Of a stretch of DNA of 64,000 bases, positions 36,929 through 48,700 are shown in pieces. Position 1 is the first letter of the stretch. Each line of letters starts with the position of its first letter. The DNA is from Paraspadella gotoi (lineage: Eukaryota; Animalia; Chaetognatha): contig CM119267.1 of assembly GCA_051294375.1 (NCBI GenBank), forward strand, positions 24,997,783 to 25,061,782. Reading direction: 5' to 3'. The notes beneath the pieces are model-generated. The model made no database searches and had not been told where the DNA came from. It saw only the letters and a list, made by a program, of their open reading frames with translations. The position numbers and the translations under genes are program-made.

Positions 36929-39900
36929 TCATCGAAGAACAGCGAGTGACCCGGCTCCGTAACAATACCCGTATCCCGCCGAGCCGGGCCACTGCCACTG
37001 CTGTCCGTTCCACACGGGCTGAGGCGGTGGCTGCGGACCCTGCTGCGGCTGCGTCCAAACGGCCACGGATCCGGGACCGCCCCAAACCGCTGCGGGTACG
37101 GCTTCGGCTGTCCTGAGACGTTTGGAGGACGAGTCGTCGTCGTCGGCGGCTGAGGCGGCGACCCGTTTGGCGGCAAAGGTTTCGGCGAGAAGGCGATGCT
37201 CGTTCTGCATTCGCATCACAGTCTCGATCTTCGTCCCGTGATCCTCGAGAAATTCCAGACGATGCTGGGAAGATGGAAGAATTGATGAAAGATCTAAATT
37301 TGAGACTTTCTCTTAATGTTATTCAAATCTTTATTCGGTTTTAAATATGCGCGTTATGTAACAAAGACTTTCACCCTTTTTCGGTGTTTCTCTCTCTCTC
37401 TCTTGGCTCACCCCCACCCCACAAACCCTCTTTAAATTTGACTAAATCCTCACCACCCCCCACCCCCCCTTAATTCATAAATCATCTATCAAACCTGAGA
37501 ATAACGCATCTTCATCTCTTCGTCGGTCTCGTTGTCGAGAAGAGAATAAAAGATGTCGAGGACGCGCATATCCCAATCATCGTCGTCGTCGTCGCACCCG
37601 TCGGCCTCGACCTCCAGCAGCTGGAGGCGGAGACGAACGTTTTTTCGATCGCTGGAGATGGCTGAAGTTAAAACCTCGCGAGCCTGGAGGAAGTCAGTAA
37701 TGGCGGAGGAGTTTAACAGAGACAACGAAAAAAGTGAGACCGAGAAGGAAGCGCGATTTTCATCAGGAAACCTTGTGGAATTTCCTCCGTCGCCTGGACA
37801 AAAATCGGGCGTATTTGACCGCGAGGAAGGCGACGGCGTTGGGGGTCTTGGCGTCGGACAAGGCCGCCTCGAAGACGCGCTCGACTTCGTCCAAATCGCC
37901 GCAACGCCGATGGACGGAGGCGAGGCGGATGGAGAGAGAGAGAAGGTCGGGAAAGGTTGACCGGATGTTGGAAAGGATCTTCGCCGCCATCGTCGGGTCG
38001 CCTTTAAAAAAAGGAAAATGAAAGCCTCGATTCGATCTTCAACCAGAACTCTTCCCTTGCCAGCAATCCATCCAACCTCGGTCTTCCTCGAAAGCGGCCC
38101 ACTCGATGTGAACACGCGGCTTGTTCTGCAGATGGATGAGACAGGCGCGGCGGAAGATGGACCGAGCGGCCTCCGACGAACGACTCTTCAAGAAAAAGAT
38201 GTACTTGAGCCACATCTCCTCGTACAGAGCACAGGCGATGACGCAACGCTCGAACAACACTACCACTCGGTCAAAGGCGGCCGAGGAGGATGCTGAGGCA
38301 GAAAAGGTGGCGATCTGGGAACCGAAAACACAGTAATTACAGATCAAAATTAAATGTATAGATGTATAAAATTAAATGTTTATATGGACGAAAAAAAAGA
38401 AAGAAAAAGAAAAGAACCTCGAAGTCGAGGTATTTTCGCCAGTTGTTGAGCTCGTTCTCCTCCAAAGGTTTGACGTGAAAATAGGGACGTTTGATTCCTC
38501 CTTCAAAATCCCAGCGTTTGGAGACTTCCAGTTCGGTGGCTTTGAAAAGGGATTCCTTTGAGAGGCAAGGGGATTAGATGTACTTATTAATTAATAAGAT
38601 TAGGTCGATAGAGAATAAGTAATTGGGCTAAATTTTACTTTCGCCCACCGCGGTTTTGACGGATTTTGAAAAACTACTTAAAAATACTTATTTAAAAAAA
38701 AAAATTAAAAAAAATATTACCTAATTACCCTAACCCTATACCACCCTTAAACCACTCTTAACCCTAACCCCTCCCTAACCCCGGTCGGCGAAAGTAAAAG
38801 TAACCCAAAAAATCAATACAATCAACTAAAAAAAGAGAAATATATTGCGAAGGATTCGATTTCCATCGCCAACAACCACGACGCAAAAGTCAAAAGAAAA
38901 ATGAGAATATCGGAGGCGGGAAAAACATTAGGCATAAAATATAATTCACGAGTCAAAAAAAAAAAACAAATGGAAAAAAAAATCTCTGGAGATTCGAAGA
39001 AATTGTCGCGTTTGGAGGACGTGGGAGGAGGAAGAGGAGGAGGAGAATGAGAAGTGGTAAAGGACAGTAATTGAGGAAGTAAAAAGAGGCGAACATCGTG
39101 GAGGAGGAGGAAGAGGAGGAAGAGAATGCAAATGGGTTTTGTCCGTCGTCGTCGTTGGAATCAATCGAAATAGAAAAACGCGAACGAGATTCTCGGTTGA
39201 GAAGACGAAAGATGATAACTAAAACTGAAATAAATATTATATCAAATCGGAATTGATAATCAAACACAAATAAAAATGAGACTTTGGTCGAAACCGATGT
39301 CAACGAATGTTAGGTTTACTTCCGAATGTCGAATAAAATGACGGGAAAAAAAAAACGAAGAAAGAAAAAAAAAAGGTTCGCAGAGAATAGACAATATTTA
39401 ACATGTTTTTAGAAAATAAATTTAAACAATATCCTCAAAAAATTATTAAGACGAATAAGGAAGTGAAAATAACTGAGATTGAAAACGTCAACGCGGGATG
39501 AAGCGTCCGCGGACAATCCTTTACCTCGATTCTCACCTTCGAAGCTAAAATCTTTTCTCGCGCTTTCTCTCGATCCTCGCCGGATATTTCGAGTTCCTCC
39601 GCTTCCTCCCGCTTTTCCTCCTTTTCTTTTCTCCTCTCCCTCTCTTCCTCCCTCCTCCGCCTCTCCCGCCCCTTCCGTCTCTCTCTCATCCGACGGGCGA
39701 GAGTCTCGTACTCTTCTTTCTCGAGCAAATCTTTCGGGTCGTGAGCGAAGAGAAAGTCTTTTAGCCTGAGGTCGGTAAGAGGAGGAAAGAGATGGGGGGA
39801 AAAAGAGAGAGAGATGGGAAAAAGGGAGAGAGAAGGGAAAAAGGAAGAAGATGGGGTAAAGGGAGAGAGATGGGGAAAAGGGAGAGAGATATTACATGGT

Positions 39901-42644
39901 GAACAATTTTAAAGCCCGCGGTAGAAATACGCTGTCATTTGCAAAACCAGTGGTTATTTCATTGATTTTTAAAAATTAGTTGAGTAGAAACTATTAAAGT
40001 CATTTATGTGTTCAAATTTTATATTGATCAGTTAAGATATGCCTTGACAATGAGTGGAGAAAGTTAGCTTGTAAAATTGGGTTTCATTTTCCAACTCACT
40101 TTTTTTAGATTCAATTTTTTTCTCTTACTTTCAGTAAATTTTCTGAAGAAATTTGAAATAAAATAATATTAATATTATTATCTTCTGAAAGCCCTTTCAA
40201 ATCTAAAAAGAATACATACTTACAAATACTGTAGTATAATAATTTAACCGGCCCAGTTTTAATTTAATTAGGATACTCAAAAAACAAGACATCTTTCCAA
40301 AAATCAATAGCTCGAAGGTAAAATTTAGATTTTTATCAAATTGTGATTGGCTATCTTAAATCTCTTTTTTTTAGGCTCTTTCATGATACTTATATAAATA
40401 ATAATATTTTATGTGTATAATAATTTAAACAGGTCATATATTTTAAAAAAGATTTAAAATTTAAAATAATTAACTTTTGACTCTTTTAATTGAACCAAGG
40501 TGGGCGCTTACTTTTTATGTTAGAGCTTTTGTAAGTATATCATTCTCTTCATTTTTTTTAAGGGCTTTATGAGGATAATTAATATTGTTAATATTTTAAT
40601 AATTACTTTGTTTTAAAAAAGTGCTAAAAGTTGGAAAAAAAAGAATTTAAAAACAGCGGGTTGGAAAATGAAACCGGATTTTACAAGCCAACTTTCTACA
40701 CTCATTGTCAAGGCATATCTTAACTGATCAATATAAAATTTGAACACATAAATGACTTTAATAATTTTTACTCAAACTAATTTTTAAAATCAATGAAATA
40801 ACCACTGGTTTGCAAATGACAGCGTTTTTTTTACCGCGCTTTGTAAAATTGTCACCATGTATAATTGTATATGGTTTGGAAACTAAAATTTGTATTTTTT
40901 TCAATTAACATTATTAATATGTTACAATTAATCTTTTTATTTTTATCGAAGGTCTTCGAACGGCGGCGTAGAGGCGATTCCTCTCAGCATCGACCTCTGG
41001 CTCCCTACCCTGCGACTTCTTCGTCGGGGATCTCTGCGACGGCGGGCCTGAAAGACGCTACCAACATCGAAGGTTTCTTTTCAACGCTTAATCCGACCCT
41101 TCCCCCCCTCATTCTTTTATGATTTATTTGTTAAAAACAATGAAGATGTCGTTTGCCGGGGACAAAAAAAACTTTTGTTTGCAAGACGACGACATCTTAA
41201 CGATGACGTCGACGATGACAACTACAACGACAATCAAGTAACAATCAAAGGAAGCCATTATCTCCAAGCTTGGTTTTCTTTCCACCCAAGTTCCTCGGTC
41301 CTCAAGGGCAATGTTCCTCATTGTCTTAATGTAATATTTAGACAGAACTGCTTCCCTCTGTCCTTGGCTTTCCTTTCCTTTCCCATTTTCTTTTATTATC
41401 TTAATAAAATATTTAGACGTCGATTCTTCCTTCGCTCCCCTTTGCCATTTTTTTCTTTTCTCCTTTTTTTTTTGGCTCCTTTTCCTTTTTTTCGCTCCCT
41501 TTTTCTTTTTTTGGCTCCCTCTTTCCTTTCTCTCTGCCTCCTTTTTATTTTTGTCTTGATGCAGATTAATTTCAGTTCGCCTGGCGACGCGCGCCCTTCG
41601 TTCACTCCACTTACTCTTTTTTTCCTTTTTTTATTTTTCCGCTTCGCATCTCCTTTCGTTTTCATACTCTGATCTGATATTCAATTTCTCGGGGTCGTCG
41701 TCGTCGTCGTGACAAGAAGTCTTTTGATTCTCGTTTGACTCTGACCTAAATATGTGAAGACGACTATTCCGTCAACGACACGGATAACTTGTATCTCATC
41801 ATGTATAGCTTACAGTTTGACTCCATTTTGCCGTAGGATATTCTAATCGAAGTTTGTTTTATCTTCTAATGATTTCTCATTCCAAGATCATTCTGTCATG
41901 TATCCAAGAATCGTTTTATCCTTTCATTTTTGACAGAAAACGTCGTATGTTAACTTAATTTCATTCTCCTTCCTCTTCAGACTTTACGAACGAGCGTTGA
42001 CGAGCGCGGGGCTAGAGTTCGCTCCGACAAATTATGGCGCGGATTTCATCGCGTGGGAGACGCGAGTGGGCGAGCCACGGCGTGCCTTCCGTCTCTTCGT
42101 ACGTCTCCTTGCGTACCCACGAGATACCTGTCGGAAAAACTTTGACAAGTCGGTCCAGGTTTCAATCTTATTAAAAATATAAAATATTAAAGCAATAAGG
42201 GGGAAGATAACGTTTTAATCATTTTAGAAGATGGAAAGATTTGGCTCGGGTGGGAAATTCGTTTCATTTTTCAATTCCATTTGGTGTTAATTACATTGGG
42301 GGGAAAAAGCAACGTGAATGAAAAAGTTGGTCTTGAAAAACTTTGACAGTATTTCTTGAACCCGAAATAACAGTTGCATTGTTTTGCTTGGTTTTTTTTA
42401 ACAGCCACTCCCCAGTCAGATTTTTGCTTAAAAATTAACTTTGATATAAATTCTTATTTACCAGAAGAAAAAACTTGTTTGTTTTTTCATTGAAAAACTC
42501 GTCTCAAGAACAAAAAATGGCGTCGATGCGAAGATTTTCCTTTCTACCGATTTCTCTCGTTTTGAAAAACAACGACGAAAAAGAAGAAGGCGTCATAACT
42601 CTTTAACGACGCACATAACTTTCCCCCACGGTCTTTTCATCAAT

Positions 42645-42709
<65 letters not shown>

Positions 42710-45701
42710 GCCCCCTTTATTTCCGTCTTTACTTTCTTAAGTACTCTCATCCATCCTTTCAAACCCTTTGTTTACTTCTGGTTTCCATGTCACTTTTTGT
42801 TTTTCTTTCACAGCTTAATCTCAAATTCTTGTTTTCTTTTTAAATATCTGAAGACGAAGGATATCGTAGACCACATAATATATTTTTCCCATGAGGAAAA
42901 GGCAAACGTACAAAAGGATCCGAATATCGAGCGAATGCGAAAATCTCTATCGGCGAGAGTAGAAAGAGGATAGAGAAGAAGGAAGAAGAAGGAAGAATAG
43001 GAGGAGTGGGAGGAGGAAGATCGAGAGAGATCGCCGGATACTACAGCCCCCCTAGTGGCGCGCCCAGATGGAATATAAAACGGGAAACGAAAAACAGATG
43101 GGCGTGACCGCTAAAGACTAAAAAAGGCGATGTAAAAGATCTGACTGGGCTAATAATAAAATCAAATTGTCACTAAATAGCGCCAGCACCATGAGAGGAA
43201 GCAGTCCGTAGTGAGGTGCTAAGTAGGCGGCGGAAAGTTCCTGATGAGAGTGCGAAGCGCGTGAGAGCCGTAGGACTCGTCTGTGAGAGGCGTTGACGTT
43301 AGCGGTCGCGAAGTCTCATGTGAGAACAGATTGAGAGTGCGGAAGCGCATGGAAGCCGTAAGAGTCGTCATCCATCGTAGGCGTGGATAGCGTCGGCGAA
43401 CGTCTCATCGGGAGAGAGAGTCGGCGATGGAGATTTGACAGTCTCCATGTAAGTCGATAGTCAGATGTAAAAGAAAAATATTGTAACAAAATGGATTCCG
43501 GGGTGCCCGACATCGGCGGGCGGCTTTTTCTCCTAAGGGCGGTTATCAGTTCCTTTGATGGCGGCGTCGGCGACTTTTGAAGTCGAGAAACGCGATTCTT
43601 CCTTCTTTTCAGCGGTAGAGAAATAATCGAAGCAGCTGCGGTAAAGCGGTCGGGGTCGCTCGCGTCGAGAGCGGTGATGCTGCTGCGGGCCCGGGCCGAT
43701 CCGAGGCCGGGGAAAAGCGCGATGCGAAAAACTAAAACGCTGCGATGACCGAAGTGCAAGAGTAAGGTCGCCGCGAAGCGAAAACAGCGGCAAAGGTGAG
43801 ACGGGTTTGAGACATGCGCGAAAATGAGTCGTGGGCCTTGTGAAGAGAACCCATTTCGTTGCGGAGTCTGAGCCAAAGCACCGGCGTTTGTCCAGCGGCC
43901 GTGATGGTTGCGCCGTACTTGAGGGGCGGACATTCTTAGTCCGCCAGACGGAGAGGCTCACCAAAAATGTAGCGTACGAAAATGATGAGTGAAGACGAAG
44001 GATATCGTAGACCACATAATATATTTTCATGAGGAAAAGGCAAACGTACAAAAGGATCGAATATCGACGAATGCGAAAATCTCTATCGGCGAGAGAGGAA
44101 GAGGATAGAGAAGAGGAGAAGAGGAGAATAGGAGAGAGGAAGATCGAGAAGATCGCCGGATATACATATCCACTTTTATTCGCTTCATAGCAATAGTGTA
44201 ATGTTTTGGTTTGTCTTCAAAAACTGATTTTTTCCCCCTCAAAATTCCAAAATTATTTGAAGTTCGCTTGTTTCAATGTTTATCCTTGCGATGAAAATAA
44301 AAAGCTAGTTTGTTTTAATGCTTAAAAAATTATTTTCGTTTAAATCCACGGTGCAATATTGAATATAGAAGGTTCCTTGGCAATTGGATTCAGAATTTTA
44401 GGATTAGTCTTTAAAATACATCTTGACTGTTCTTTGTATCCCTTTTTTCATTCCATATCTTCCCTTTTCCCCTTCTCTCTCCCTTTTCCCCTTCTCTCTC
44501 CATTTTCCCATTTCTCTCCCTTTTCCCATTTCTCTCCCTTTTCCCATTTCTCTCCTTTTCCCATCTCTCCCTTTACCCATCTCTCTCTCTCTTTTGCCCA
44601 TCTCTCTCCTTTTCCACATTTCTCTCTTTTTTCCCCATCTCTCTCTCTTTACCCCATCTCTCTCTCTTTTCCCCATCTCTCTCTCTTTCCCCATCTCTCT
44701 CTCTCTTTACCCCATCTCTCTCCCTTTCCCCATCTCTCTCCCTTTACCCCATCTTCCCCTTTTCTCATCTCTCTCCCTTTTTCCCTTTCTCTCCCTTTTT
44801 CCCATATCTCTCCCTTTTCCCATCTCCCTTTTCCCATCTCTCCCTTTACCCCATATCTCTCCTTTACCCCATTCTCCTCTTTAACCCCCAAACTCTCTCC
44901 TTTTCCCCCTTCCTCCCCTTTACACCATCTCTCCCTTTTTCCTTCTCTTCCCTTTTCCCCATCTCTCCCTTTTCCAATCTCTCTCCTTTTCCCAATCTCT
45001 CTCCCTTTCCCAANNNNNNNNNNNNNNNNNNNNNNNNNTCACCATTTTTTCTCTCCCTTTTCCCATTTCTCTCCCTTTTCCCATTTTCTTCCCTTTTCCC
45101 ATCTCTCCCTTTACCCATCTCTCTCTCTCTTTTGCCCATCTCTCTCCCTTTTCCACATTTCTCTCTTTTTTCCCCATCTCACTCGTCTTATCTCTTCTCT
45201 TAAATGGAGAGAGAAGGGGAAAAGGGAGAGAGAAGGGGAAAAGGGAAGGATATGGAATGAAAAAAGGGATACAAAGAACAGTCAAGATGTATTTTAAAGA
45301 CTAATCCTAAATTCTGAATCCAATTGCCAAGGGAACCTTCTATATTCAATATTGCACCGTGGATTTAAACGAAAATAATTATTTTAACATTAAAACAAAC
45401 TAGCTTTTTATTTTCATCGCAAGGATAAACATTGAACAAGCGAACTTCAAATAATTTTGGAATTTTGAGGGGGAAAAAATCAGTTTTTGAAGACAAACCA
45501 AAACATTACACTATTGCTATGAAGCGAATAAAAGTGGATATTTAAAAAGAAAACAAGAATTTGAGATTAAGCTGTGAAAGAAAAACAAAAAGTGACATGG
45601 AAACCAGAAGTAAACAAAGGGTTTGAAAGGATGGATGAGAGTACTTAAGAAAGTAAAGACGGATATAAGGGGTAGAGCAGAGAGAGAGAGAGAGAGAGAG
45701 A

Positions 45702-45749
<48 letters not shown>

Positions 45750-48700
45750 ATTGATGAAAAGACCGTGGGGGAAAGTTATGTGCGTCGTTAAAGAGTTATG
45801 ACGCCTTCTTCTTTTTCGTCGTTGTTTTTCAAAACGAGAGAAATCGGTAGAAAGAAAATCTTCGCATCGACGCCATTTTTGTTCTTGAGACGAGTTTTTC
45901 AAGATGAAAAACAAACAAGTTTTTTCTTCTGGTAAATAAGAATTTAATCAAAGTTAATTTTTAAGCAAAAATCTGACTTGGGGAGTGGCTGTTAAAAAAA
46001 ACCAAGCAAAACAATGCAACTGTTATTTCGGGTTCAAGAAATACTGTCAAGTTTTTCAAGACCAACTTTTTCATTCACGTTGCTTTTTCCCCGCCAATGT
46101 AATTAACACCAAATGGAATTGAAAAATGAAACGAATTTCCCACCCGAGCCAAATCTTTCCATCTTCTAAAATGATTAAAACGTTATCTTCCCCCTTATTG
46201 CTTTAATATTTTATATATTTTAATAAGATTGAAACCTGGACCGACTTGTCAAAGTTTTTCCGACAGGATCTCGTGGGTACGGCAAGGAGACGTACGAAGA
46301 GACGGAAGGCACGCCGTGGCTCGCCCACTCGCGTCTCCCACGCGATGAATCCGCGCCATAATTTGTCGGAGCGGAACTCTAGCCCCGCGCTCGTCAACGC
46401 TCGTTCGTAAAGTCTGAAGAAGGAAGGAGAATGAAATTAAGTTAACATACGACGTTTTCTGTCAAAAATGAAAGGATAAACGATCTTGGATACATGACAG
46501 AATGATCTTGGAATGAGAAATCATTAGAAGATAAAACAAACTTCGATTAGAATATCCTACGGCAAAATGGAGTCAAACTGTAAGCTATACATGATGAGAT
46601 ACAAGTTATCCGTGTCGTTGACGGAATAGTCGTCTTCACATATTTAGGTCAGAGTCAAACGAGAATCAAAAGACTTCTTGTCACGACGACGACGACGACC
46701 CCGAGAAATTGAATATCAGATCGAGTATGAAAACGAAAGGAGATGCGAAGCGGAAAAATAAAAAAAGGAAAAAAGAGTAAGTGGAGTGAACGAAGGGCGC
46801 GCGTCGCCAGGCGAACTGAAATTAATCTGCATCAAGACAAAAATAAAAAGGAGGCAGAGAGGAAAGGGGAGCCAAAAAAAGAAAAAGGGAGCGAAAAAAA
46901 GGAAAAGGAGCCAAAAAAAAAAGGGAGAAAAGAAAAAAATGGCAAAGGGGAGCGAAGGAAGAATCGACGTCTAAATATTTTATTAAGATAATAAAAGAAA
47001 ATGGGAAAGGGAAAGGAAAGCCAAGGACAGAGGGAAGCAGTTCTGTCTAAATATTACATTAAGACAATGAGGAACATTGCCCTTGAGGACCGAGGAACTT
47101 GGGTGGAAAGAAAACCAAGCTTGGAGATAATGGCTTCCCTTTGATTGTTACTTGATTGTCGTTGTAGTTGTCATCGTCGACGTCATCGTTAAGATGTCGT
47201 CGTCTGCAAACAAAAGTTTTTTTTGTCCCCGGCAAACGACATCTTCATTGTTTTTAACAAATAAATCATAAAAGAATGAGGGGGGGAAGGGTCGGATTAA
47301 GCGTTGAAAAGAAACCTTCGGATGTTGGTAGCGTCTTCAGGCCCGCCGTCGCAGAGATCCCCGACGAAGAAGTCGAGGTAGTGGAGCCAGAGGTCGATGC
47401 TGAGAGGAATCGCCTCTACGCCGCGTTCGAAGACCTTCGATAAAAATAAAAAGATTAATTGTAACATATTAATAATGTTAATTGAAAAAAAATACAAATT
47501 TTAGTTTCCAAACCATATACAATTATACATGGTGACAATTTTACAAGCGCCGGTAAAAAAACGCTGTCATTTGCAAACCAGTGGTTATTTCATTGATTTT
47601 AAAAATTAGTTGAGTAAAAATTATTAAAGTCATTTATGTGTTCAAATTTTATATTGATCAGTTAAGATATGCCTTGACAATGAGTGTAGAAAGTTGGCTT
47701 GTAAAATCCGGTTTCATTTTCCAACCCGCTGTTTTTAAATTCTTTTTTTTCCAACTTTTAGCACTTTTTTAAACAAAGTAATTATTAATATTAACAATAT
47801 TAATATCCTCATAAAGCCCTTAAAAAAATGAAGAGAATGATATACTTACAAAAGCTCTAACATAAAAAGTAAGCTGCCCAGCCTTGGTTCAATTAAAAGA
47901 GTCAAAAGTTAATTATTTTAAATTTTAAACTTTTTTAAAATATATGACCTGTTTAAATTATTATAACATAAAATATTATTATTTATATAAGTATCATGAA
48001 AGAGCCTAAAAAAAAAGAGATTTAAGATAGCCAATCACAATTTGATAAAAATCCTAAATTTACCTTCGAGCTATTGATTTTTGGAAAGAGTCTTGTTTTT
48101 GAGTATCCTAATTAAATTAAAACTGGGCCGGTTAAATTTATATACTACAGTATTTGTAAGTATGTCATTCTTTTTAGATTTGAAAGGGCTTTCAGAAGAT
48201 AATAATATTAATATATTTTATTTCAAATTTCTTCAGAAAATTTACTGAAAGTAGAGAAAAAAATTGAATCTAAAAAAAGTGAGTTGGAAAATGAAACCCA
48301 ATTTTACAAGCTAACTTTCTCCACTCATTGTCAAGGCATATCTTAACTGATCAATATAAAATTTGAACACATAAATGACTTTAATAGTTTCTACTCAACT
48401 AATTTTAAAATCAATGAAATAACCACTGGTTTGCAAATGACAGCGTATTTCTACCGGCGCTTGTAAAATTGTCACCATGTAATAAAAAAAAAAGAAAATG
48501 AGAAAAGAAAATAAAGAAAAGAAAAATAACGAGAGAAGAAGGAAAGAAAAAAAACGGAGGCCGAAAGCAAACAATCTCGGCGAAAAAATGTTTTTTATCG
48601 AATCGACGAGAAATTCCGAATTTCAAGTTTTCTTTTTCATTCATTAGACTCTGGAAGAAGGAGGAGAGAAAGAAACAACAAGTTTGAGCAAACCATGTCG

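Larger units (their letters stand above)
39891..48483. repeat. Large inverted duplication (arms ~39891-44505 and ~45205-48483) including frameshifted copies of PRPF39 exons 4-5
   Basis: The arms are reverse complements differing mostly by 1-bp indels. The left arm carries an extra 1.3-kb insertion. The spacer is a pyrimidine satellite with a 25-N gap. Confidence 0.92.

Noticed and set aside
40952-42150. A second, plus-strand PRPF39 gene
   Set aside because: Only two frameshifted exons lie within the inverted duplicate; no other exons.
43235-43270. CTGATGAG-AGTG-CGAAGCGCGTG, hammerhead-like
   Set aside because: GAAG instead of GAAA, a GTG triplet and no stem I; the region is also error-prone.
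44359-45297. 312-aa F/P/S/L/H-rich ORF and antisense G/K/R/E ORFs
   Set aside because: A pyrimidine satellite spanning an N gap, stop-free by composition.
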